Shown here: positions 29,415 to 38,725 of the stretch, piece after piece | Layout of the letters: each line of letters begins with the position of its first letter | Position numbering within the stretch: the stretch's first letter is position 1 | Origin: a virus | Direction: 5' to 3' (one strand) | DNA length: 64,000 bases | Virus record (IMG/VR): IMGVR_UViG_3300028192_000001 | Span: 1-64,000 of that record | Notes under the pieces: model-generated | What the model saw: the letters and a program-made list of their open reading frames with translations, nothing else | Databases searched by the model: none | Told to the model about the DNA's origin: nothing | Position numbers and translations under genes: made by a program

Positions 29415-30561
29415 TCTTTGTATCACCATAATAAACTACATTTTTGGCTTTAGGATAAGATCTCCATGGATCAAATATAGTAACTGAATCATTATTAGTA
29501 ATATTATCTTGTTCGTGAACTCTAACAATTACATTATTTGTTTCACACATATTAATTACATCCGTTATTGTTCCACCTAGTTCTTTAATATAATGTTGCA
29601 CTAATAATGAATAAGAACCGTCTGTTATAGTTGTATTAGGCTTATATGTATTTGATGTAAAAAATACATTTTTTCCATATTTTAATATTTCCTTTGCCAT
29701 ATTCTTTGCCTGCGTTTCTCTTGACTTCATTATAGCACTGAACAAATCATAATGCAAATCTAATTTATTTGCCAAATACCTTAAAGCAATATTATCGCGA
29801 GGATGACAAGGTCCTCCATCACCCATTCCTGCTTTCATATATTTTGCACTTATAATTCTTTGCGTACTTTTTGCTAATGCTTTGGTTACTACATCAACAT
29901 TCATATTACCAATTTTAACAGCAACATCTTGAATCATGTTTACCAAGGAAACTTTTGCACTAATAAAAGTATTATAAAATATTTTAATTGCTTCTGCTTC
30001 TTCCCAAGTGCCAAACTCAACACGTGGTTTGTTATCACAAATCATTGTATAAAAGTTTAATAAATTTTGTGCTCTAGTGGCAGTAGCCTGAACGCCTTTC
30101 ATTGTACCAACAATAATCATTTCAGGGTTAAGCATATCCCAACCTACAGAACCCATAGCAATCAAATAAGGATTATAAATTAGTTTTGTATTTGTAATTA
30201 ATGGAGCAAGTTCTCTTCTAATAGTACCTGGTAGTACTGTTGATATTAATGCAAGGACTTGTTCTTGTCTAATGTATTTGTTGCACTCTGTTAAAACTTC
30301 TTTTACTGAATCGTAATTAAAGTCCTTAGGAGGAAGATGACTTGTTGGTGCTTGTCCATCATATCCTTCTTCATGCGGAGTAGGTGTTGCTACTAATATA
30401 ATATCCGATTGTTCAACTACTTCTTGTATTGAATCTTTTATATCTATCTTTGTACTTTGTTTAGGTATGATGTCATATCCGTGTACATGGTAACCTTTGT
30501 CTGCAACTGCTTCTGCACATGGCATACCCAATTTACCTAAACCTATAAATCCTATTAACAT
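29407..30561 (-). CDS. ugd: UDP-glucose/GDP-mannose 6-dehydrogenase family protein
   Basis: GFIGLGKLG, ATPTP, STV, EAIKIFYNTF, GGPCHPRD (catalytic Cys). Confidence 0.85.
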   Translation of the reverse strand: MLIGFIGLGKLGMPCAEAVADKGYHVHGYDIIPKQSTKIDIKDSIQEVVEQSDIILVATPTPHEEGYDGQAPTSHLPPKDFNYDSVKEVLTECNKYIRQEQVLALISTVLPGTIRRELAPLITNTKLIYNPYLIAMGSVGWDMLNPEMIIVGTMKGVQATATRAQNLLNFYTMICDNKPRVEFGTWEEAEAIKIFYNTFISAKVSLVNMIQDVAVKIGNMNVDVVTKALAKSTQRIISAKYMKAGMGDGGPCHPRDNIALRYLANKLDLHYDLFSAIMKSRETQAKNMAKEILKYGKNVFFTSNTYKPNTTITDGSYSLLVQHYIKELGGTITDVINMCETNNVIVRVHEQDNITNNDSVTIFDPWRSYPKAKNVVYYGDTKNV

Positions 30562-32076
30562 TTAAGAATTTCTTAAAATACCCATGATACTATCATGTAA
30601 ATTTTTTTCTAACTCTCCGCCTCGTTTCATTAAATTATTATGATTTTCTTCTCGTATAGAACTACATTCATCAAATAATTCTTGTTTAGAAGATTTTCGT
30701 TTAGCAACCCATTTTATTACTTCATCACATACTTCATTTATTCTTCTCCAGTTGCCTTTTACATTATCATAATTTTCATTAAACATATTTGGAAATGTAC
30801 TATATCCTAAACTATGCAATCTTTTTAAAGTACCTTGCTGTCCAACAACAAGGAAAGGACGTTTATAAAATATTGCTTTAAATGTTTTTTCACTTATAAA
30901 CAAATCCTGATCAATATCACTGCGAGGCTTGTAACCAGTCCCTCCATCACGTTCTACTCTCGTTTCAGTTATAACGTGAATCCAGGCTTTAAGATATTTT
31001 TTGGCATCCATATCTTTATTAGGATTTGCACCTTTAAGAATATTATGTTTATCATTTTTAATTATAAACGGCAATTTTGGTTCAATTTTTAATTTAAATT
31101 TTTTTGCAAGTGGACCAATCCTTGGAGTGTATTTTTGTGTAAGTTGCTCTTCTCTTATTCTTTTTATTTCTTCATCTGAATACGCCCAAAATACTTCCCC
31201 GGTTGATGGCTTTCTCCAATACCATTTTTTTGCTCTCCCAAGTTTTCCTTTTATTAAATTTCCATCTTCATCAAGTTCATTAGGAAGTGCTTGTTGCTCT
31301 ATCGTCTCATCTACATTCAACTCACCATACCAATCTTCTTCAGGTACTACTGAGGCACGAGGTGTTGGTAACTCTTTAATCTCTGCTCTTTTAAAATGAT
31401 TATAATGATCATTATAAGGTTTTGATGCTAATGCTAGATCATACTGTAAATCTGTATATCTAGAACCTTTATTTAAATGTGTAATAACTCCAAGTGCCTT
31501 ATAATCAAATAATCGAGTAATTGTTAAAAAACGATGCCAAGCAGGTCTTCTATTCAAACATAAAAACATATCACTAGGCTGAAAACGTTTATCTTTTGAT
31601 AATCTATCAACCTTTTTATAATAACATTCATGCCATTGCCATTCTAGTTTATTTGCATGAAGACAAAAATAATTTGTATCTTTGAATTCTTCTGCAGATG
31701 CAGTTATAAAAATAAAATGCTTTTCTTCTAACCAATTATGTGTTTCTTTTAGTACTGAAAATATTCTTTTAAATGCTCTATCGTTCCAATTTTCCATCCA
31801 CCCAAACAATACAATTTTGCAACGATTTTTCTTAATTGCATTATACGTCTCTTTTGGTATCCTATATAAACTTAAAATCTTTTTTTCTGCAACTAACGGA
31901 TGCCTTAATTCAAATAATATTATAAAATTACTCAATGAGAGATCTTGCGTTGGTTGAAAATATTTTTTTAATTCAAATTCTCTTACTTTTTCATGCATTT
32001 CAGGATATCCTTTTGGATATAATATCCAACCGTCTTTTAAATAATTTTCTTTATTTTTAACGTAATAATAAATCAT
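30562..32076 (-). CDS. hypothetical protein, possible glycosyltransferase
   Basis: CLNRRPAWHR and HVITET...FISEKTFKAI..KRPFLVVG, reminiscent of the GT10 donor-binding motif; function uncertain. Confidence 0.5.
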   Translation of the reverse strand: MIYYYVKNKENYLKDGWILYPKGYPEMHEKVREFELKKYFQPTQDLSLSNFIILFELRHPLVAEKKILSLYRIPKETYNAIKKNRCKIVLFGWMENWNDRAFKRIFSVLKETHNWLEEKHFIFITASAEEFKDTNYFCLHANKLEWQWHECYYKKVDRLSKDKRFQPSDMFLCLNRRPAWHRFLTITRLFDYKALGVITHLNKGSRYTDLQYDLALASKPYNDHYNHFKRAEIKELPTPRASVVPEEDWYGELNVDETIEQQALPNELDEDGNLIKGKLGRAKKWYWRKPSTGEVFWAYSDEEIKRIREEQLTQKYTPRIGPLAKKFKLKIEPKLPFIIKNDKHNILKGANPNKDMDAKKYLKAWIHVITETRVERDGGTGYKPRSDIDQDLFISEKTFKAIFYKRPFLVVGQQGTLKRLHSLGYSTFPNMFNENYDNVKGNWRRINEVCDEVIKWVAKRKSSKQELFDECSSIREENHNNLMKRGGELEKNLHDSIMGILRNS

Positions 32077-32863
32077 TTTCTTTTATATACTTGTATACCT
32101 CCATTGCAAAAATATCTTGACCTTCCTGACCTATATGATGATTCCGATTCCAAACAGTAGAAGAATCATTAGTAAATCTATCGTAATAACAACCATCACC
32201 CGCACCTCCCTTATAAATTCTTTTTATATTAAGCAGTTTATAAAGTCCAAGTAATCTTTTATCTTTTTTAATTGTTTTTATAGCAAATGGAAACAACATA
32301 TTAATGAAAAGATATGGAACTTCATGTTTTTCCAAAAAAGATTGTAACGTAAAATGTTGTAATAACATTCTATACTGTATTTCTGTCCATTTACCCCAAT
32401 CTGTTTTAAGTAATTCTTTATACATTATTTCGTGTTCTGGTTTCATTGGTATACTATTACGAGATTCTTTTGCACCAATCAACCCAGGAATAAACATATA
32501 ATGACCAGCAACGCCTCTATTAATGACAAAAGGCTTTCCTGGATCATCTGATTTTAAAAATAACCTATCTGCACCTGTCCACCCGATTATAACAAAAATG
32601 TTTGATTTATTTTTTGCTTCATTTATAAATCTTATTGTGTGTTCTAAGATATGATCATTACTGGACCCTGGAACAGCATTGTTTATAATCTTTAATATTC
32701 CTAACTTTCTTCCTACATTATTTGCCCATGAGTCATAATAGCATTTAGCAGGTATCTCGGTAAGTCCAACATCTTGATCGAAACAATTTTTATTGTCTTC
32801 CCAAGATTTTAATTCACTCCCGGCAGTATGACTACACCCATGAATAAAAAAATTTTCTATCAT
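32057..32863 (-). CDS. SGNH/GDSL-like protein
   Basis: HGCSHTAG, NNAVPGSSND, IIGWT..DR, NHHIG; ATG 32863 overlaps the upstream TGA. Confidence 0.6.
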   Translation of the reverse strand: MIENFFIHGCSHTAGSELKSWEDNKNCFDQDVGLTEIPAKCYYDSWANNVGRKLGILKIINNAVPGSSNDHILEHTIRFINEAKNKSNIFVIIGWTGADRLFLKSDDPGKPFVINRGVAGHYMFIPGLIGAKESRNSIPMKPEHEIMYKELLKTDWGKWTEIQYRMLLQHFTLQSFLEKHEVPYLFINMLFPFAIKTIKKDKRLLGLYKLLNIKRIYKGGAGDGCYYDRFTNDSSTVWNRNHHIGQEGQDIFAMEVYKYIKENDLLLR

Positions 32864-33837
32864 ATTTTTTCTTTTGTTATTAATACATCTGATGCACAAT
32901 GACATCTATTTCTTTTACAAATAACTGAAGAAGTAGGCCATATAATTTGATCTGGTTTATTAATATCACCTATTGCCCCTTCTTGCATACAATTAGCCAA
33001 ATAAACTTTACCTGACCATTGTATAAAAAAACTTTCTAACCCCAGATTACATTTCCATCCTTTAAAGTTAGATTTTCCTGCATTAATTAATTCTTGCTCT
33101 CTGCCGTATGAATTTATAACTTCACCGTCTGCAAAGTGAATATCTGATCTATCATCAATCTTCTGTGTAAAATATGTTTTAACACCAAGTTCATTTGTTC
33201 TTTCTATACCTGTTGTAGATGTATACTCCTTAAACCATTTTAACTGTTCTTCTGTATAATGGTGACCTTTACCTCTTTTAGTCCATTTTAAAACTTTTAC
33301 TGCTTCTACTGTTATATTTTTATGCGGTTTACAAGATTCTAAAAACTTTAATCCTTTATCCCAAAATCTCCCATCCATCATTACTCTAAGATTTATTGGT
33401 GTTATATTAGCAATTGATAATGCTTTTTCTAAGAAGTCTTTATCTTCATAACTTGGATGATAACTTGCACTACAATATGCTAGATACGGAGCAAGAGATT
33501 GCATATATCTTGATGTCCTTGCAAGGTTTGTTGTTATGCCAACTTTATTACCAGCATCATGAATCATTTTACAAAAGTCTAATAAAAAAGGACTTAATGT
33601 AGGTTCGCCCCCTGATATTGCTACTTGCAATTTGTCATACTTTGAAAGTAATGTTTGCCAAAATTGTTTTGCATTACTCCATTCATAATTATGATTACTA
33701 CCATTATGTAAACTTGTCGGACAATATTCACAAGCATTGGTACAAATATTATTAATAACCCAAGTGATCAACATTAAGTTATTAGTTCGTCTTTGTATTT
33801 TTACAACTGGACTTTGATTATCTTTCAAATTTCTCAT
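32860..33837 (-). CDS. radical SAM protein, C-terminal SPASM/twitch-like domain (class B)
   Basis: CTNACEYC, SGGEPT, TTN, FKGWKC...C...CKRNRCHC. Confidence 0.88.
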   Translation of the reverse strand: MRNLKDNQSPVVKIQRRTNNLMLITWVINNICTNACEYCPTSLHNGSNHNYEWSNAKQFWQTLLSKYDKLQVAISGGEPTLSPFLLDFCKMIHDAGNKVGITTNLARTSRYMQSLAPYLAYCSASYHPSYEDKDFLEKALSIANITPINLRVMMDGRFWDKGLKFLESCKPHKNITVEAVKVLKWTKRGKGHHYTEEQLKWFKEYTSTTGIERTNELGVKTYFTQKIDDRSDIHFADGEVINSYGREQELINAGKSNFKGWKCNLGLESFFIQWSGKVYLANCMQEGAIGDINKPDQIIWPTSSVICKRNRCHCASDVLITKEKI

Positions 33838-35143
33838 ATGCTTCTTCGTAAATGCCTGGATACATTTTTCTCACATCTTCCAATTCCGGAATAACTGCAA
33901 ACACACTCTCTTTTCTAATTTTATCTAATTTTGCGTGTTTGTTTAAAAATAATCTAGCATACGCAGGATTATGAGGTAATGTTAGTCCGTGCATAATTTC
34001 TTTTAATTTAGGTGTTGGATCGTATTCATATTTTTCTTTATAATCTTCAATCCAAAACTTATATCTTTCTAATATTTCTTTTTTAAATTTGTCGCTTAAA
34101 ATTGTTACGTGTTGATCTTCTGGCCAATGAACAAAATTCAAAAACCAATTATTGTACTTTACTTTCCAGGTATTGGTAGTTACAGCATAATTGTCATGTA
34201 CCAATCCCATTTTAATAAAATGATCTATTATAGCAGGTAATCTAAAAACATTTAAAGCACCTACAGTTATACCAGGCTGTATATGAATGCTCTTATTCAA
34301 ACCGATAAGAGTTTGAATATTTTTTTCTACCCTTGACCAAACTGTGCCTGATCTTACAAGTTCTGCTCTTTCACCGAATTCATCTAAACTTGGCCATATT
34401 TCAATCTTACCCGGCTCCCATAACTTCCAATAATCTAAAACACTTTTTCCTTTATGTTCTAGTTTTGTTGTATTGGTATTATACATTATTCTAACATCAA
34501 AACGTTTATGCTTTTTAAGTAATTCTAAAATATACCAATGATCGTCCATCATCATTGGTTCTCCACCAGCAAAATAAATTCTTTCTACGTGCTGTATTTG
34601 ATCTTCTAGAAATGCTAACTTTGATTGCCCATCAACTTCTTGTACAACATTTAATCCTTTTTTATTTTGTCCATATCGTTTTTTACCCCAAATTCTAATT
34701 GCATCTGGTACCCAAGAAGAACTATGCTTTGGCCCACAACTTCTACATTTTAAATTACAAATATTACTAAACCTCATATCCCAATATTTTAATCTCATCT
34801 CAGGAACCGTACCATCAGGTAATGTAATATGCTCTACTTCTTTCATTACACTTTTATATGATTTGTTATTATGCTGTCTATTGCTGGTCATTCCTCTATC
34901 TTCCATATTCCAGCATCTAGTACAAATTTTAGAACGTTCTCCAGAAAGCATTTGAAGCCTTAACTTCTTTTGCTTCTCACTATTCCATATATCTTTGATA
35001 GAATCTTTGCTTAAATCACCTAAATTATAATTATAAGGTGAAGTTAAACAACACGGTATAACCTTATTATGTGGTTCAAATTGTAAATGAACCCAAGGTA
35101 TAATACAAAAACTTTTAGATTTTTTAAGATCATCATATTTCAT
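33818..35143 (-). CDS. N-terminal twitch domain radical SAM protein (class A)
   Basis: FCIIPW...PCC...CTRC, then CNLKCRSC, AGGEP, SLDE. Confidence 0.88.
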   Translation of the reverse strand: MKYDDLKKSKSFCIIPWVHLQFEPHNKVIPCCLTSPYNYNLGDLSKDSIKDIWNSEKQKKLRLQMLSGERSKICTRCWNMEDRGMTSNRQHNNKSYKSVMKEVEHITLPDGTVPEMRLKYWDMRFSNICNLKCRSCGPKHSSSWVPDAIRIWGKKRYGQNKKGLNVVQEVDGQSKLAFLEDQIQHVERIYFAGGEPMMMDDHWYILELLKKHKRFDVRIMYNTNTTKLEHKGKSVLDYWKLWEPGKIEIWPSLDEFGERAELVRSGTVWSRVEKNIQTLIGLNKSIHIQPGITVGALNVFRLPAIIDHFIKMGLVHDNYAVTTNTWKVKYNNWFLNFVHWPEDQHVTILSDKFKKEILERYKFWIEDYKEKYEYDPTPKLKEIMHGLTLPHNPAYARLFLNKHAKLDKIRKESVFAVIPELEDVRKMYPGIYEEAYEKFER

Positions 35144-35176
35144 TACTAATATTTAACGAAAATTAAGTACGTAGAT

Positions 35177-36103
35177 TTAGTTTTTTTTAACTATAAAACT
35201 CTCAACGCCTCTAATTGGGTTTTGATATACTTGTTTAAAAAACTTACTCTGTGTTGCTGTTAAAGGATTAATACCAATCGGGATTTCAACCTCATTAACT
35301 AATATTTCTCCTAACCTTTTTATTTCGTCTTCAATATTATTTGAATTAAATTTTGCTGACTGTTCTTCCCACATATTATTCAAATACTTAAAATCTCTTG
35401 TATGAACGATATCCCAATCTGTACACATTGTCATATATGTTCCTAGCCTAGCACCATAAATTGCCCATATTCCATTCTCAATATCGCTACCAACCATTTG
35501 CCAAATATACATTCTGTTTAAATTTTTCCAATGATTTTTTTTAAAATCGTTGATGTTAACTCTAACTCCTCTATCTAACGACATTTTAACACCTTCTCTA
35601 AATCCTGCTCTCCAAGACTGTGCTGGTGTATAATTATTATACACATCACTATACGTCTGATTTGTTTGAAGATATCTAATGTCCCAACAAAAATCTATCT
35701 GTGAGTGAGGATCATTGGGATCAGCATTTTCATGAGTTTTCATATCTAAAACATATTGCTTTGGCCAACATTTAAGTCCACCATTTCCATAAATTAATCC
35801 ATTTACAACATTATATCCACACCAACTAATAACACTATTGGCTAAATCTGTTTTTTCATCAAACTCAATTTCAACATCAAGCCATTTTGGATTAATAATA
35901 TTATCACCATCTACTGTTGTAAATCTTTCTGTCTCTGTTTGTTCTGCACAGGCTTTATGTGCCGCATCTGACCCTTCTACTCCGTGGACTCTTTTTACCC
36001 ATGGAATCTTATTACAAATGTCTGCATAATTCTTTTCAGCATTTGGTTCATCATAACTTAGATAAAAAACATCATGGTCTCTTACATAAAATTTCTTAGT
36101 CAT
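35177..36103 (-). CDS. glycosyltransferase-like protein (GT-A, DxD)
   Basis: DVFYLSYDE, VDGDN, YGNGGLKCW, WRAGFRE; paralog of the 28737 gene. Confidence 0.6.
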   Translation of the reverse strand: MTKKFYVRDHDVFYLSYDEPNAEKNYADICNKIPWVKRVHGVEGSDAAHKACAEQTETERFTTVDGDNIINPKWLDVEIEFDEKTDLANSVISWCGYNVVNGLIYGNGGLKCWPKQYVLDMKTHENADPNDPHSQIDFCWDIRYLQTNQTYSDVYNNYTPAQSWRAGFREGVKMSLDRGVRVNINDFKKNHWKNLNRMYIWQMVGSDIENGIWAIYGARLGTYMTMCTDWDIVHTRDFKYLNNMWEEQSAKFNSNNIEDEIKRLGEILVNEVEIPIGINPLTATQSKFFKQVYQNPIRGVESFIVKKN

Positions 36104-36644
36104 TTTCTCTCACGTGATAATAATCGTTATATATTTTTTTACAAAACACACTAATATTTAAGTTTACTGACTCAACATCTTCAATTTCATACTTTTCTTT
36201 TAATAAATCAATTTTTAATTCATTATGTAATAGATTTGGATTATCTTTTCCGGTAACATAAAACATTTGATACAAATTTTTATTAGAAATAGTTTTCAAA
36301 GCATTTAGAATATCTCCTTGTACTACAAGTTTCCATTTTCTTCTTTTTATGTCTTGAACTAAATTAATACCGTCTTGTACTTTTTCTACTACAGGTATTT
36401 GATATATTGTATGAGATGCTGGTGTTTCATTTACACTTTCTTCTAAATTTCCAAATCCTACTTCATTAATAACATATTTTTTTAACTTATCGTCATATAC
36501 TACTAAAAATTGATTTAAACTTTTTGTTCCGTTTTTAATTTCATTAGAAAGAGTATCGTCAATTTCTATACAAGTTCCTTCTTGCGTAGGTCCTACTGTT
36601 AGAGGAACTCCTGACTCTGATTTAAACTGCAAGTACTGTTTCAT
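36096..36644 (-). CDS. hypothetical protein
   Basis: 182-aa ORF overlapping neighbours. Confidence 0.7.
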   Translation of the reverse strand: MKQYLQFKSESGVPLTVGPTQEGTCIEIDDTLSNEIKNGTKSLNQFLVVYDDKLKKYVINEVGFGNLEESVNETPASHTIYQIPVVEKVQDGINLVQDIKRRKWKLVVQGDILNALKTISNKNLYQMFYVTGKDNPNLLHNELKIDLLKEKYEIEDVESVNLNISVFCKKIYNDYYHVREND

Positions 36645-37461
36645 TTGCTTCTTCTAATTGTTTTATTAAATAATCTGTTAAAAATCCTTTTTCAACATAA
36701 TGTATTATTCCATTTTGTTTATAGTTTCCAATATAAAAATTATTTTTACTAAAATTTAAAGTAACTGCTGTACTTGATTTTACATAATCAAATTTCCATC
36801 CTTGGTGTTTTGGTTTTAAATGAACTACATTTATAAAAGAATCTTTTGCTGTAATTTCATCTTCATTACATAAAAGTTTTGATGTAATAGCAGAACTAAC
36901 ATCCATACTACACCATTTTTGTTTTTTCGTTGGTGTATATTTGTCATAAAATAATTTCCAATTCTCAATAACTAATCGTTGCATTCTATAAAATAATGCC
37001 GCTTCTTCCGATTTCTCAAAATAATGTATTGTATTATATAAATTTGGCAATTGATTTCTAACAAACACTTTTCTATATACAACAGACCTGTCAATTACAC
37101 CTCTATATGTTCTAATAGCAGATGAATAAAAAATCATATAATTTTTTAAATATTTCCACCAACCATCTAAATTTTCAGTTACTAAAGTATCAGCATCTAA
37201 TACTATTGTTTTCAAATATGGTGAAATATCAAATGCATTTATTCTGTCTTCAGCATTTAATATACTTCTTGGTTGAATTTTATTAAAAATTACATCATCA
37301 AGTACTTTTTTATATCTATCACTTACTTCTGTGTTTGTAACAACTGTAATATGGGCATTTGGGTTAAACAATTTAATTGATAATCCTAGAGCATATGCTT
37401 GTTTTAGATAATTTGTTTTCCAAGTATTGTTTGCGTATATTAAAAATCCTTTTTCTATCAT
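36622..37461 (-). CDS. GT8-like glycosyltransferase
   Basis: YLKQAYALGLSIK, SPYLKTIVLDAD (DxD), VVHLKP. Confidence 0.65.
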   Translation of the reverse strand: MIEKGFLIYANNTWKTNYLKQAYALGLSIKLFNPNAHITVVTNTEVSDRYKKVLDDVIFNKIQPRSILNAEDRINAFDISPYLKTIVLDADTLVTENLDGWWKYLKNYMIFYSSAIRTYRGVIDRSVVYRKVFVRNQLPNLYNTIHYFEKSEEAALFYRMQRLVIENWKLFYDKYTPTKKQKWCSMDVSSAITSKLLCNEDEITAKDSFINVVHLKPKHQGWKFDYVKSSTAVTLNFSKNNFYIGNYKQNGIIHYVEKGFLTDYLIKQLEEANETVLAV

Positions 37462-38312
37462 ATCCCTTGTCTTTCAATTAGTTGTTCTAATCCAATCTTA
37501 TTCATTACATGAACATTTAAATCTTTAGTTGTTGCTACTGAATAATTTGAGTTGTCATTAGGAAGAGTACACAAAAAAGTAAACTCATCATCTTTAAAAT
37601 CTTCTACTAAATCTCTATCAAAAATATAATATAAACTACCAGGAGGGTTTGTTGGCCAGTGTGTACTACTTTCAAAACCATTCATAATATGAATAGCAAT
37701 ACTAAATGCAAAATCGTTTCTAAAATTTCTCCCTGATATTTGATATATCCATCTATAATAATTCCAATTTTCTTTTATGTACTTTAATAACTCAAAAAAT
37801 GTCTCCATTTTTTTATTTTTTTTAAAATAAAATACAGTTGCCCAATACATTTCAATAGATGTATCACTAACATATCTTATCTCCCATGGTTTTCCGTATG
37901 GATTTATATAAAGAGAATCCTTCCAAATCATAAAATCATCATTTAATTTAAAACAATTTAATAATAAATCATTTCCTACAATATAATCAGTGTCCATAAC
38001 AATAGTTTCGTCATAGGGTGTTAAATTATATGCATCTGATCTATTAAAATTATTCCATTGTAATTTTTTTGAAACTTGTCTGCCATCACGAAAAGTTTTA
38101 CGTTGATATACTTGAATTTTTTCTGCAGAAATAACTTTATCAAATATATCAATTAAATGTGAATATTTTGTTTGTAAGTGTTTTTCAGAATCGGTTATTA
38201 ATGAAACTGGAAGATTTAAATGCTTTTTAATATGTTTTGCACAAAAAATCGCTTGCCTTACATAATCAATTTCATCATTGTTATTGGCAAATAATATTAC
38301 ACCTTTAGTCAT
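37458..38312 (-). CDS. GT8-like glycosyltransferase
   Basis: YVRQA, TPYDETIVMDTD (DxD), FRNDFAFS, VHVMNK; paralog of the 36622 gene. Confidence 0.65.
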   Translation of the reverse strand: MTKGVILFANNNDEIDYVRQAIFCAKHIKKHLNLPVSLITDSEKHLQTKYSHLIDIFDKVISAEKIQVYQRKTFRDGRQVSKKLQWNNFNRSDAYNLTPYDETIVMDTDYIVGNDLLLNCFKLNDDFMIWKDSLYINPYGKPWEIRYVSDTSIEMYWATVFYFKKNKKMETFFELLKYIKENWNYYRWIYQISGRNFRNDFAFSIAIHIMNGFESSTHWPTNPPGSLYYIFDRDLVEDFKDDEFTFLCTLPNDNSNYSVATTKDLNVHVMNKIGLEQLIERQGI

Positions 38313-38656
38313 CTTCCTAAAACGTCTTTAATATCTCTTTTTTTGATTTTATGTAATTGTGTATAATAATGATTTACATTTTTTGCATAAATGTTCATTA
38401 CATCATCAACAAACTTTGCAAAGTCTAATATTTGTGCAGGATTATCATTATCATCAATTATTGTGACGTCTTTAGTTTGCCCTTTTTGTAAAAGTAAATT
38501 AATAAAAGTTATAAATTCTCGATTAATTTTAAATTTTGAGCCATTAGCATAATGTACATTTTGATCTAGAAACTTTTGCTTTAAAATTCTCTTTTGGTTA
38601 TTGTATGTAACCATGTAATTGGAAAATTCCAGTGCTTTTTTTAATCGATCATCCAT
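38309..38656 (-). CDS. hypothetical protein, first gene of the modification island
   Basis: ATG 38656 (MDDRLKKALEFSNY), ATGA overlap with the next gene. Confidence 0.75.
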   Translation of the reverse strand: MDDRLKKALEFSNYMVTYNNQKRILKQKFLDQNVHYANGSKFKINREFITFINLLLQKGQTKDVTIIDDNDNPAQILDFAKFVDDVMNIYAKNVNHYYTQLHKIKKRDIKDVLGR

Positions 38657-38663
38657 GAGCACT

Positions 38664-38692
38664 AGTATATATTAGTCAGAAAAATAGGTCAA
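38664..38692 (-). promoter_or_regulatory. sigma70-like promoter, probably leaderless
   Basis: TTGACC-N17-TATACT on the minus strand, 7 nt between the -10 box and ATG 38656, no SD. Confidence 0.65.
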
Positions 38693-38725
38693 GTAAGATA
38701 TGAATTTATCTTGATTAATTAACTA

